NCBI GenBank assembly: GCA_964016885.1
Contig: OZ024741.1
Span: 191,580,001 to 191,644,000, forward strand
Origin: Eledone cirrhosa
Lineage: Eukaryota
Reading direction: 5' to 3'
DNA length: 64,000 nucleotides
Position numbers and translations under genes: made by a program. Below are positions 11,455 through 21,705 of the stretch, piece by piece (within the stretch, counting starts at the first letter, position 1; every line of letters begins with the position of its first letter). Under the pieces are notes generated by a model. It was given only the letters and a program-made list of their open reading frames with translations. It did not search any database and was not told the origin of the DNA.

Positions 11455-13366
11455 AGGCAACCGGTCCATCGGGTATAGCTGCCGAGATGCTGAAGGCATC
11501 TGGGTCTGTAGGTCACACTATAACCACACGTATCGTTAACCAGGTAATACTAGAGGGGGCCATACCAAAAGATTGGTGCAGTAGCATCATTGTCAACTGC
11601 TACAAAGGTAAAGGCGATGCACTAGATAGAGGAAACTATAGAGGTATAAAGTTGATGGACCAGGTCATGAAAGTAACAGAAAGAGTTATAGCACAGCTGA
11701 TTAGGGACCGGGTGAATATAGACGAGATGCAATTTGGGTTTGTACCAGGGAAAGGCACCACTGATGCGCTCTTCCTTGTGAGGCAATTACAGGAAAAGTA
11801 CCTAGCTAAAAGTAAGCCACTCTACTTGGCATTTGTCGACCTTGAGAAAGCCTTTGACAGAGTTCCACGTGCAGTAATCTGGTGGGCTCTTAGAAAACTA
11901 GGAGTAGATGAATGGCTTGTGAAAGCGGTACAAGCCATGTATAGGGGAGCAGTCAGCAAAGTTAGGATTGGCAATGAGTATAGCGAGGAATTTAGCGTAC
12001 AGGTTGGGGTCCACCAGGGCTCTGTTCTTAGCCCTCTCCTGTTCATCATAGTCCTGCAGGCAATAACGGAGGAGTTTAAGACCGGATGCCCATGGGAACT
12101 CCTGTATGCTGATGACCTCGCACTCATAGCTGAATCTATGGTAGAACTAGAGAATAAATTCCAAACCTGGAAGCAGGGACTAGAGAGAAAGGGCCTCAAA
12201 GTCAACATGACAAAGACTAAGGTCCTTATAAGTAGACGAGAAAACAGAACCCAGATCCCCTCAGGGAAATGGCCTTGCTCAGTATGTAGGAAAGGTGTAG
12301 GTAGGAACTCCATTCTTTGCCCCAAATGCAAACAATGGGTACACAAGAGATGTAGCGGGATCTCAGGAAGCTTAATTAAGAATGTAGGATTCACATGCAG
12401 CAGCTGTGCTGAAACAGCAAGCAAACAGCCACAGGAAACAAGTACCACCAATCTCTGGGAGGGCCCTGTAGAAACAGTAGACAGCTTCTGCTACCTAGGT
12501 GACCGAATTAGCAACGGAGGTGGGTGCTCAGAAAGTACAATAACTAGGGTAAGATCGGGATGGAAGAAGTTTAGGGAACTACTACCACTGCTAGCTGCAA
12601 AAGGCTTCTCCCTCAGAATGAAAGGCAGACTGTATGATGCGTGTATCCGAACAGCGATGTTGCATGGTAGTGAGACCTGGGCGCTGAAGGTGGAAGACTT
12701 ACGTAGATTAGAGAGAAACGAAGCCTGCATGCTCCGATGGATGTGTAACAGTAATATACGTGAACGACAAAGCATAAATGAATTGAGAGAGAGACTGAGC
12801 ATAAGAGGAATCAAATGCTGCGTGCAGGAGAGGCGGTTACGCTGGTATGGACATGTGATGCGTATGAAGGATGACAGCTGCATAAAAAGGTGCAGAGCAC
12901 TAGAAGTTGATGGAAACCGCGGAGTGGGGAGACCCAAGATGACTTGGGATGAGGTGATAAAAGCCGACCTTACCCAACTACACCTCTCAAAGTCAATGAC
13001 ACACGACCGTGACTTCTGGCGTCACGCAGTAATACAGGGTACCCGACCTCCCATGGGTACATGCTGAAGCATATAAACAATATGCCCCCCCCCCCCCACC
13101 GCAAGGTGGTCGTGGAGGTGCCACGGCAAAAAAGCACCCAGCCCACACTGTAAAGTGGACGTGTAGGCGCCACGAAAAAGCACCCAGCACTCACTGTAAA
13201 TGAGGTTGGTGTTAGGAAGGGCATCCAGCTGTAGAAATCAAGCCAGATCAGTTCCTGTATGAGCAAGGCATGGTCAGCCGACCAGACACTGCCCACAACA
13301 GGACAACCCGTCTAACCCATGCTAGCGTGGAAGAACGGACGTAAAACGGTGATGATGATGATGATG
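11454..13366 (+). mobile_element. RTE family A, 5'-truncated young copy
   Basis: Starts after (TA)n; uninterrupted RT-PHD-C-terminal frame; complete 3' UTR and (GAT)n tail. Confidence 0.96.
11487..13067 (+). CDS. Reverse transcriptase with embedded PHD finger (RTE ORF lacking its endonuclease), 526 aa open frame
   Basis: QFGF, FVDLEKAFD, GVHQGSVLSP, LYADD; C4HC3 finger at 12276-12407; then VDSFCYLG, RLRWYGHV, GRP. Confidence 0.85.
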   Translation: MLKASGSVGHTITTRIVNQVILEGAIPKDWCSSIIVNCYKGKGDALDRGNYRGIKLMDQVMKVTERVIAQLIRDRVNIDEMQFGFVPGKGTTDALFLVRQLQEKYLAKSKPLYLAFVDLEKAFDRVPRAVIWWALRKLGVDEWLVKAVQAMYRGAVSKVRIGNEYSEEFSVQVGVHQGSVLSPLLFIIVLQAITEEFKTGCPWELLYADDLALIAESMVELENKFQTWKQGLERKGLKVNMTKTKVLISRRENRTQIPSGKWPCSVCRKGVGRNSILCPKCKQWVHKRCSGISGSLIKNVGFTCSSCAETASKQPQETSTTNLWEGPVETVDSFCYLGDRISNGGGCSESTITRVRSGWKKFRELLPLLAAKGFSLRMKGRLYDACIRTAMLHGSETWALKVEDLRRLERNEACMLRWMCNSNIRERQSINELRERLSIRGIKCCVQERRLRWYGHVMRMKDDSCIKRCRALEVDGNRGVGRPKMTWDEVIKADLTQLHLSKSMTHDRDFWRHAVIQGTRPPMGTC

Positions 13367-13414
13367 ACACTTCATTTTTTAATTTTTTTTCCAAGAAAAC
13401 GTGTGTTCAAACAG

Positions 13415-15012
13415 ATATTGTTATTTGGGAGGGTCATGCTGCCAATAAAAACACATGCACCTGTTAGTTTTCACTTCAATTTATTATAAATTTCTGGTTG
13501 GTTGGTTGGTTCGATAACCAGATGGTTGTTTATATATTGTCAAAGTTCTTTCATCACACATTCTGTGACCTCCTCTGTGACTGGGTTTTTATTTTGTGTC
13601 TCTTCTTTGTTTTGTCCTACACCATCTTGTTTTTGTGAGTTGTGTGCTTGGTTTGCACATGCGTTACATCTGGATATGTGTGTGTTTTTATTTATTTATG
13701 TGTTTATTTACTTGTCACTAGTTGGTTGCTTGTTCTATCTGTGTGTGTCTGATTTGTTTTGTTAGTTTGGTTTTTGTGTGTCTGTATGTTTAGTCCTTAA
13801 TTACTAGTTGTGATGTTGCTATTCCACTTATGTTTTCTGTTTAATTTTGGTTGGACTTTGTTTATGTTTGGCGCTTCTGTAGTTTGTTGGAGCATTGTAT
13901 CGTTTCTGTGTGTGGATATAATTGTTACCTCTATGTTCTGTAGCTTACCCCTATGTTCCATTTTGGCATATTGGTGGAGTACTGATAAGTTTTTCTCATC
14001 TTGGAGTTCTCGCCAATGTTCACTTATCGTTTCTCCTATGCTACAGGCTGTCTCACTTATGTATGTTGTGTTCTTATTCCTACACTGTCCCTCAGTACAT
14101 CTTATGCTATATACTACACTCCTATTTTGCAGTTAGTTTGTGGGCTTAATTTGCAGATTATGCATTTCCTACCAGTGCAGGGGTTTTCTGAAATGGATAT
14201 ATTTTACTAATTATGGCTTTTATGGGAATACCTGGTCTTTCAACTATCTTAATATTTAATTTTTGTTTGTCTAGAGGCCCTGCTAAATCTGTAAGATAGT
14301 TTGCCTCTAGGGGTTGTATTGACAAACATTACACTCTGGTATTTATTGCTATCATTCGATGAGTTGATTTTATTTGTCTTTTTCTTAATTCTTTCTATCT
14401 TATTCCAAAATGTGCTCCTATACATAGGGCAAGTCCCATTTGCATCATTTTCTACAATCTTTGCTCAATTGGTTCTGGCTCCTTTATAAACCCTGATCTT
14501 GTCTCTTTCATTATACCCAGAGAACTACATGTGGTGGATGAAGTGTTGTATGTGTCTCTCTAATTCTTTAGGATTGCACATACGGGACACGTTCCTCATC
14601 ATTCTTACTAAATCCGCAATCAGTATGTTGATTTTCATGTTATCTGAAACAGCTGAACTTCGGTGGATCAGATACTTGGAGGTCATTGATTTGGTACAAT
14701 GTGAATGGAGGATTTGTGTTCTATTATTAATAGTTTCTAACCAGAGTTCTGTGTCTAGTGCAATAATCTAAGGTTGAGGTGTTTAGTTGGGTAGTCTATG
14801 GTAACTTTAATACTCTGGTGGATAGAGTTAGCTATTTGCTGGATGCTTTCCATGGTGTTCTTCTCTAATTCCTGACTGTTCTTCTGGAGGAGTGTTTTTA
14901 CTACGATGTTTATGTCATCTATGTAGCGAAAGTACATAGTCGATGTTTATGTCATCTATGTAGCGAAAGTACGTAGTCGATGTTTGTCATCTATGTAGCG
15001 AAAGTACATAGT
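13415..15012 (-). mobile_element. Penelope-like element, 5'-truncated (RT C-half, GIY-YIG endonuclease, pLTR)
   Basis: YFRYIDD (ORF 14755-14937). GVVYSIRC...YISET at ~14050-14120. The terminal repeat ~13415-13620 matches 40285-40530. Confidence 0.8.
14904..15012. repeat. Three tandem copies of a 37-bp unit
   Basis: CGATGTTTATGTCATCTATGTAGCGAAAGTACATAGT at 14904, 14941 and 14978 (third copy 35 bp). Confidence 0.95.
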
Positions 15013-17460
15013 CAGGAACACTTAGATGACAATTTTATAACCTTGAATGAAAGAAAGTTGATGTATGATGTGTACAAGAGATAAGATGGAGGTGAGGGTC
15101 AGCTAGATTCCTTGTGGGCAAAAAATGGTGCTACAAATTTTTTGTTGTGGGAAATGACAACAGGCTGGGTGGAGTAGGGATTATGTTAACAGAAAAATGT
15201 GTAGATAAGGTAATTGCTGTAAATAAAGTGAATAACAGAATCATTAAAATTAGACTTATTCTAAATAGAACAACTGTGTCAATTGTATCCCAATCTGGTC
15301 TACAAAATAAGCTTATGCACCCCAATCTGGTCTACAGTGACTGCATAATCATTGTTAGCGACTTTAATGGGCAACATGTCAGGCAACATGCAATGGCTAC
15401 GATGGGATCCATGGAGGTTATGTTTTTGGTACTAGAAATGAGGAAGGTTTTATGCTCCTGAGATTCTGTGATGCTTATGACCTATCTAACACAAACACCA
15501 AAAAATGAGACAATCACTTGATCACCTATAGATCAGGGGAGCACACCAACCAGATAGATTTTATCCTTACCAGAAGTCAAGACAGAGTAACAGTTGTAAA
15601 CACTAAGTCCCTTCTTGGGGCCCAACAGAACCTAATAGTTAGCGATCTTATAGTCAGGGCTAGGTGAACTCGACAACAGAGGACAACCTTGAGGAGAAGA
15701 ATGTGGAAGTTGAAGAACCCCACAGCCTGTAACAAATTTAGAGGCATATTGCTTGATGCTTTTGACAGTAAGTAAGAGCAAATAGAGACATACAATATAG
15801 AGGAACAGTGGGAATTCCTGAAAGATAACCTACCAAAGGCAACAAATGAAATCTGTGGTTAGAGCAGGTCTCTAGAGAGAAGGAGAGTGACTTGGTGGTG
15901 AAACAGTAGGGTGGAGGAGACAATTAAGGCCTAAAGACAGGCATTGAAAGAATGGCGGGATGGAGGAAGCAGAGAACATTACCAGGAGGCAAAGAGAGAA
16001 GCTAGGTGACAAGTATACTTTGCAAGAAGGGAAGCAAAAGATAAAAAATTTAAGCATGTTCTGCAACACGAGGACCAAAGGCATGAGGTGTTCAGGATTG
16101 CAAGGCAATGTGTCAAGGAAAATTGTGTTGTCATTGGAGAGAAGTGTGTCCATGATGACAATGGAGTACTTGACCTCAGTGATACTGAAAAGAAGGTAGC
16201 AATGGAAGTGCACTATGAAAAAACTACTAAATGAGGAGAATGAATGGGATGAAGACAGTTTGTCCCAGGTTGACCCAACAGAGGGACTGGCTGTGCAAGT
16301 TAGCTGTGTTATGGTACCATAACACAGCTAACAGCAAGGCAGCTGGACCTTCAGGGATAGTTGCTGAGATGCTGAAAGTATCTGGGATAGTGAGTCAGAC
16401 CTTAGTCACCCATATTGTAAACCAAGAAATACAAAATGGTGTCATACCCAATGACTGGTGTAGCAGCATTATTGTAAACTGCTTCAGGGCAAAGGAGATG
16501 CTCTAAACAGAGAAATCTATAGAAGCATCAAGTTGTTTGACCAGGTTATGATGGCCACAGAAAGTGTTATCGCACAGCTGATTAGGGACCAAATTAACCT
16601 TGATGAAATGCAGTTTGGATTTGTGCCAGGTAAAAGTACCACGGATGCTCTCTTCCTTGTGAGGCAGCTGCAGGAGAAGTACCTGGCTAAAAGTAAACCC
16701 TTCTACTTAGCTTTTGTTGACTTCAAGAAAGCCTTTGACAGAGTCCCCCATTTCATTATCTAGTGGGCTTTTAGAAAACTAGGAGTAGATGAGTAGCTTC
16801 TGAAAGCTGTACAAGCAATGTATAGAGGAACAGTCAGCAAGGTTAGAATTAGTTACGATAGTGAAGAATTTAGTATGCAGGTTCATCAGGGCTCTGCCCT
16901 TAGCCCTCTCCTGTTTATTATTGTCCTAAAAACTATAACAAGAGTTTAAGACTTGCTGCTCATGGGAACTTCTCTATGCAGATGATCTAACCCTCATAGC
17001 TGAATTTATGGCTGAACTAGAGAAGAAATTCCAAACCTCGAAGCATGGCCTAGAATCAAAAGGTCTTAAAGTTAAGTTTTCAAAGACTAATGTATGTAGA
17101 AAGGAAAAGTATTGTAAAGTGTTGATATCATAAGAAAAAGCATGCAACCCACACTGTAAAGTGGTTGGGTAAGTGTCAGGACAAAACATACCCTGTCTAC
17201 ACTGTAAAGTGGTCGTGTAGGTGTCACAACAAAAAGCACGCAGCCCACATTGTAAAGTGATCATGTAGGTGACACAACAAAAAGCACCCAGCCCACACTG
17301 TAAATATGGTTAGCGTTAGGAAGGTCATCCAGCTGTAGAAAACCTGCCTGAAACAGTTCTGTATGAGCAAGACACAGCCACCTCACCCGACTTGTCTCAA
17401 ACTGGACAATCTGTTTCACCCTCATGCTAGCGTGGAAAATGGATGTTAAACGATGACGAT
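15013..17460 (+). mobile_element. RTE family A, decayed, APE through RT, with PHD/C-terminus deleted
   Basis: APE remnants (ORF 15114-15461), RT remnants (16231-16763, YADD ~16975). Jumps at ~17110 into the 3' UTR, which has 5 CTGTAAA-type units and the tail. Confidence 0.88.
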
Positions 17461-17545
17461 ATATATTCATATATATATATATATTTTCATAGATATATAT
17501 ATATATATAGTGTAACAACCACAACAAATTAATCTATATATATAT

Positions 17546-19349
17546 GCAATTAAAGATATGAAGATTGAGAAGGCAACCGGTCCATCGGGTATAGCTGCCG
17601 AGATTTTGAAAGCATCTAGGTCGGTAGGTCACACCATAGACACACGTATTGTTAACCAGGTAATACAAGAGGGTGTTCTACCAAAGGATTGGCGCAGAAC
17701 CATAATTGTTGTCAACTGCTACAAGCGTAAAGGAGATGCACTAGATAGAGGAAACTATAGAGGTATAAAGCTGATGGACCAGGTCATGAAAGTAATGGAA
17801 AGAGTTACAGCACAGTTGATTAGGGACCGGGTAAAACTAGATGAGCTGCAGTTTGGGTTTGTGCCAGGCAAAAGCACCACCGATACTCTCTTCCTTGTGA
17901 GGCAGTTACAGGAAAAGTACCTAGCTAAAAGTAAGCCGCTCTACCTGGCATTTGTCAATCTGGAAAAAGCCTTTGACAGAGTGCCCCATGCTATAATCTG
18001 GTGGGCACTTAGAAAACTAAGAATAGATGAATGGCTTGTGAAGGCTGTATAAGCTATGTATAGGAGAGCAGTTAGGATTAAAAATGACTATAGTGAGCAT
18101 ACATGTTGGTGTCCATCGGGGCTCTGTTCTTAGCCCTCTCCTGTTTATTATCGTATTGCAAGTTATAACAGGAGTTTAAGACTGGATGCCCATGGGAACT
18201 TCTGTATGCGGATGATCTTACACTTATAGCTGAATCTATGGTGGAACTAGAGAAGAAATTCCAAACATGAAAGTATGGCCTAAAAAGAAGGGGTCTCAAA
18301 GTCAACCTGACAAAGACTAAGGTCCTCATAATTAGAAGAGAAAACAGAACCCAGATCCCATCAGGGAAATGTCCTTGCTCAGTATGTAGGAAAGGTGTAG
18401 GTAGAAATTCCATCCTCTGCCTTAAATGCAACAAACTATGGGTACACAAGAGATGTAGTGGGATCTCAGGAAGTTTAGTTAAGAATGTAGGCTTTACATG
18501 TAACAGTTGCACCAGGACAGTAAGCAACAAACAGCCACAGGAAACAAGCACTACCAAATTCTGGGAGGGCTCTGTAGAAACAGTAGACAGCTTCTGCTAC
18601 ATAGGTGACCTAATTAGCAGTGAAGTTGGGTGTTCTGAAAGTACAGTAACCAGGGTAAGAACGGGTTGGAGGAAGTTCAGGGAGCTACTACCACAACTAG
18701 CTGCAAAAGGCTTTTCCCTCAAAATGAAAGGCAGACTGTATGATGCGTGCATACGAACAGCAATGTCACATGGTAGTGAGACCTGGACGTTGTGCATAGA
18801 AGACTTGCTCCGATGGATGTGTAATAGTTATATATGACAACGGTGAAGCATAAATGAACTGAGAAAGAAAGTAGGTATAAGGGGAATCAAATGCTGTGAG
18901 CAGGAGAGGAGATTGTGTTGGTATGGACATGTGATGCGTATGAAGGATGACAGCTGCATAAAAAGGTGCAGAGCACTAAAAGTCGATGGAAACCTTGGAG
19001 TAGGGAAACCCAAGAGGACCTGGGATGAGGTGATAAAAGCTGTTCTTGTGCAATTTCACCTCTCAAAGGTGATGACACAGGACCGAGTCCTCTGGCGTTA
19101 CAGAAGACCCAACTTCCCACAGGTATAAACCGAAGCTGAAGCATATAGACAGTATACCCCCCTCCCGCTGTAAAGTGGTCATAGAGATGTCACGACAAAA
19201 AAAATACCCAGTCCACACTGTAAAGTAGTCGTGCAGGCGCAATGGTAAAAAGCACCCAGTACTCCCTGTAAATGTGGTTGGTGTTAGGAAGGGCATCCAG
19301 CTGTAAAAATCAAGCCAAAATCAGTTCTGTATGAGCAAGACATGGTCAC
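17546..19349 (+). mobile_element. RTE family A, 5'-truncated and decayed
   Basis: ORF 17558-18052 is the RT N-part; PHD at ~18376-18510; 3' UTR present but the terminal tail is missing. Confidence 0.92.
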
Positions 19350-20961
19350 ATTAAAATACTTCAGAAGCTTTATATTTCAATTCATGAAGTTAGTACTTAT
19401 CTATTTTTAATGCATTTAACAATTTATATATATATACAACTTAGAAATAAGCAAAAATTGCAAATTTGCGTATACAATCAGAAACTTATATCTACAAGTA
19501 AGAATAGCATTATAAAAAGAATGTGGAATATTTAGCATAATATACAATGGTTATGTTTTCTTAGACAAAATAAATCTAAGCTGAACTTTCTCTTTCTTTT
19601 TATAGACGTCATAAAGATATTGAAGGCACCTGCTTGCCTGTTCTTCACACTGGTTTGTTCTGGGAAGTTTGAGTCCCGATTGTTTTGGATTCTAAAACCT
19701 TTTCACAGAGTTTAATGCTTTTTTAGGTGGGCGATGGTCGTCAGCCATCCCGTCTAATTGGATATTATTTACTGGCACAAAGTCAAACAAGGAAGAAAGA
19801 ACATACTTCAATGTTATGTTATAAAAACATTTTTTATATAGGAGCAATTACAGAATATATACAAATACATTAGTGCTCCTTGGGATATATTTAAGTCGTC
19901 GTATACTGCCGCATGATGTGATGTCATCCTTTGGATCACTGCAAAGAGGTAGCATGATAGAGATAGCACGTCTCTTTTTTCCGAGCTCTCATTGTCCAAG
20001 TGTTATTGTCTCAGCTACTGACGTCAGAACTAAGGACAGTTAATCGACTGCCTTCACAGTCGACGCTAGATGGCGTGATCTTCTACACTTTTTTGTGAGT
20101 CTTGAAGCTGTTACGTAGCTTCTGGTAATTATCTGCATTGTAGATTTGGTCAGTAAACTATTGGTTCGCCCATTTTAAGAGATACATCTACAAATTTCGA
20201 GTAGCAAGTCTCTTTTCTCTGGTAGAAGAATAAAAGCCAAAAGAGTTAGTATTGCTCTACAATTCCATCGTGCATTACTCAAGTATAGGAAATATTTCAG
20301 TTTCTTCAAAAAAGCGGAAAACTCGAGTTAAATGAAATAGAAATTTCAAATCATCACACCCTCCTGTGTTTCAGTAATCTCTTTACTATTCTTGGAATTC
20401 TTCTTGAGCTGCTCGTAGTTATTTACAAGTTCACAGATAAACAGATATTTGATACTGGGCGATGTGTTCTTTGCTCCAAGTTCGTCATCGATTACTACGC
20501 GAAGCACTTGGTCAAGAACATGATGTTGATAGTCAATAAATTGTGGTTTTTTATTGGGTCTCTGATTCAGAAGTTCAAGTTGTTGTTATTGTTACTGTTG
20601 TTGTAGTTTGCTCCAAGATCACTTTTCTTCTTTTGGATGGATGAATAGTTTTGGAAGTTGCAGTCTTTCCAGTTGTATATCCAACATGTCCTTTGCTTTC
20701 GATCTGAAGATGATATAACTGTCTGTCCGCACTATACAGCCATTCACCATACACGTCATAAATTTTCAGAATGTGATAGAAGGCTGCAGAAAGTCACAGT
20801 ACTACTATACTTATATACGATTTTAGAAATTTTGTGTTGGAGGTCACATTTAAAAAAAAATAAACAAAATTAAACCTTTCTTCATTATTTTTTAACAAAA
20901 GTTCGAATTATGATATAGGAAATCAATTATTTTACAAAAAGTCAGAAAGTCATAACCCTAA
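19350..20961 (-). mobile_element. Decayed hAT (hATm-like) DNA transposon
   Basis: Minus-strand remnants QHHVLDQVLRVV (CxxH region), SNARWNCRAIL (RW motif) and RTNQCEE (third catalytic residue region). Terminus TTAGGGTTATG at 20961. Confidence 0.55.
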
Positions 20962-20974
20962 TATATATATATCA

Positions 20975-21290
20975 TAGGCCCCCTTCAATCACGAATCACC
21001 ATGGTTTTCCGCCTGGAAAGTTCTCTTCCATAACACAAGCCTGAACAAGGTGTGTTTGTCGAAGACCAGCAGGCACCTGTGCATGCCAGTTCCCCTCTCC
21101 ATGTTCAAGGGAAAGGCAATGGTCGATACAGCTTGGCACCAGTGTCATTACAACTCATTTACAAACTGGAGTTACAACTGGAGCAATGCAAAATAAAGTG
21201 GGTTTTTTTCAAGAACACAATGCACACTATCCGATCTGGTATTCAAACTCACAACGTTACAATTGTGAACTCTACATTCTAACCACTAAT
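20975..21290 (-). mobile_element. tRNA-CORE SINE, second family
   Basis: CORE-like segment, B-box remnant, and homology to 25560-25830 in the opposite orientation. Confidence 0.8.
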
Positions 21291-21705
21291 ATATATATCT
21301 TCATTATATACAGAGTGGGGCAGAAGTTTGGAAGCAAATTTTTGAAATTTGATTTCTAAAAGTGTTGTAAGTATATCATTAATATTCTTTTATTTTCATG
21401 TTAAAACATTAGTCTATGTAAACATATGCGGGGAAGTCCGATTCGGATATTGCAAAGATACTTTTGGTTGCTAGATCTACTGTTTGCAAAGCTGTGAAGT
21501 GTTTTAAAGAGCAAGGAGATTTGTTGGATAGACACAGAAGTGGAAGTCCGTGAACTGAATGACCTCCTACTGTCATTAAAGCTGTTTGAGAAAGGATAAG
21601 AAGAAATCCGAAAAGGTCATCATGAATCATGATTTGGGAATGTCTTCCTTCACACTTCAGAAGGGACAAACCCTTTCTGTAAAGACAAAACAATAAAGGC
21701 TAGAG

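Noticed and set aside
11822-12937. Long antisense ORFs (209 and 148 aa) opposite the RT
   Set aside because: Shadow frames of the RTE coding strand with no domain signal.
11487-13067. Domesticated RT gene, or retron/DGR-type system
   Set aside because: It has a LINE 3' UTR and (GAT)n tail, 5' truncation and many dispersed siblings. The open frame is explained by youth.
17110-17330. Regularly spaced repeats resembling a CRISPR array
   Set aside because: The intervening segments are homologous to each other, the context is a eukaryotic LINE UTR, and there are no cas genes.
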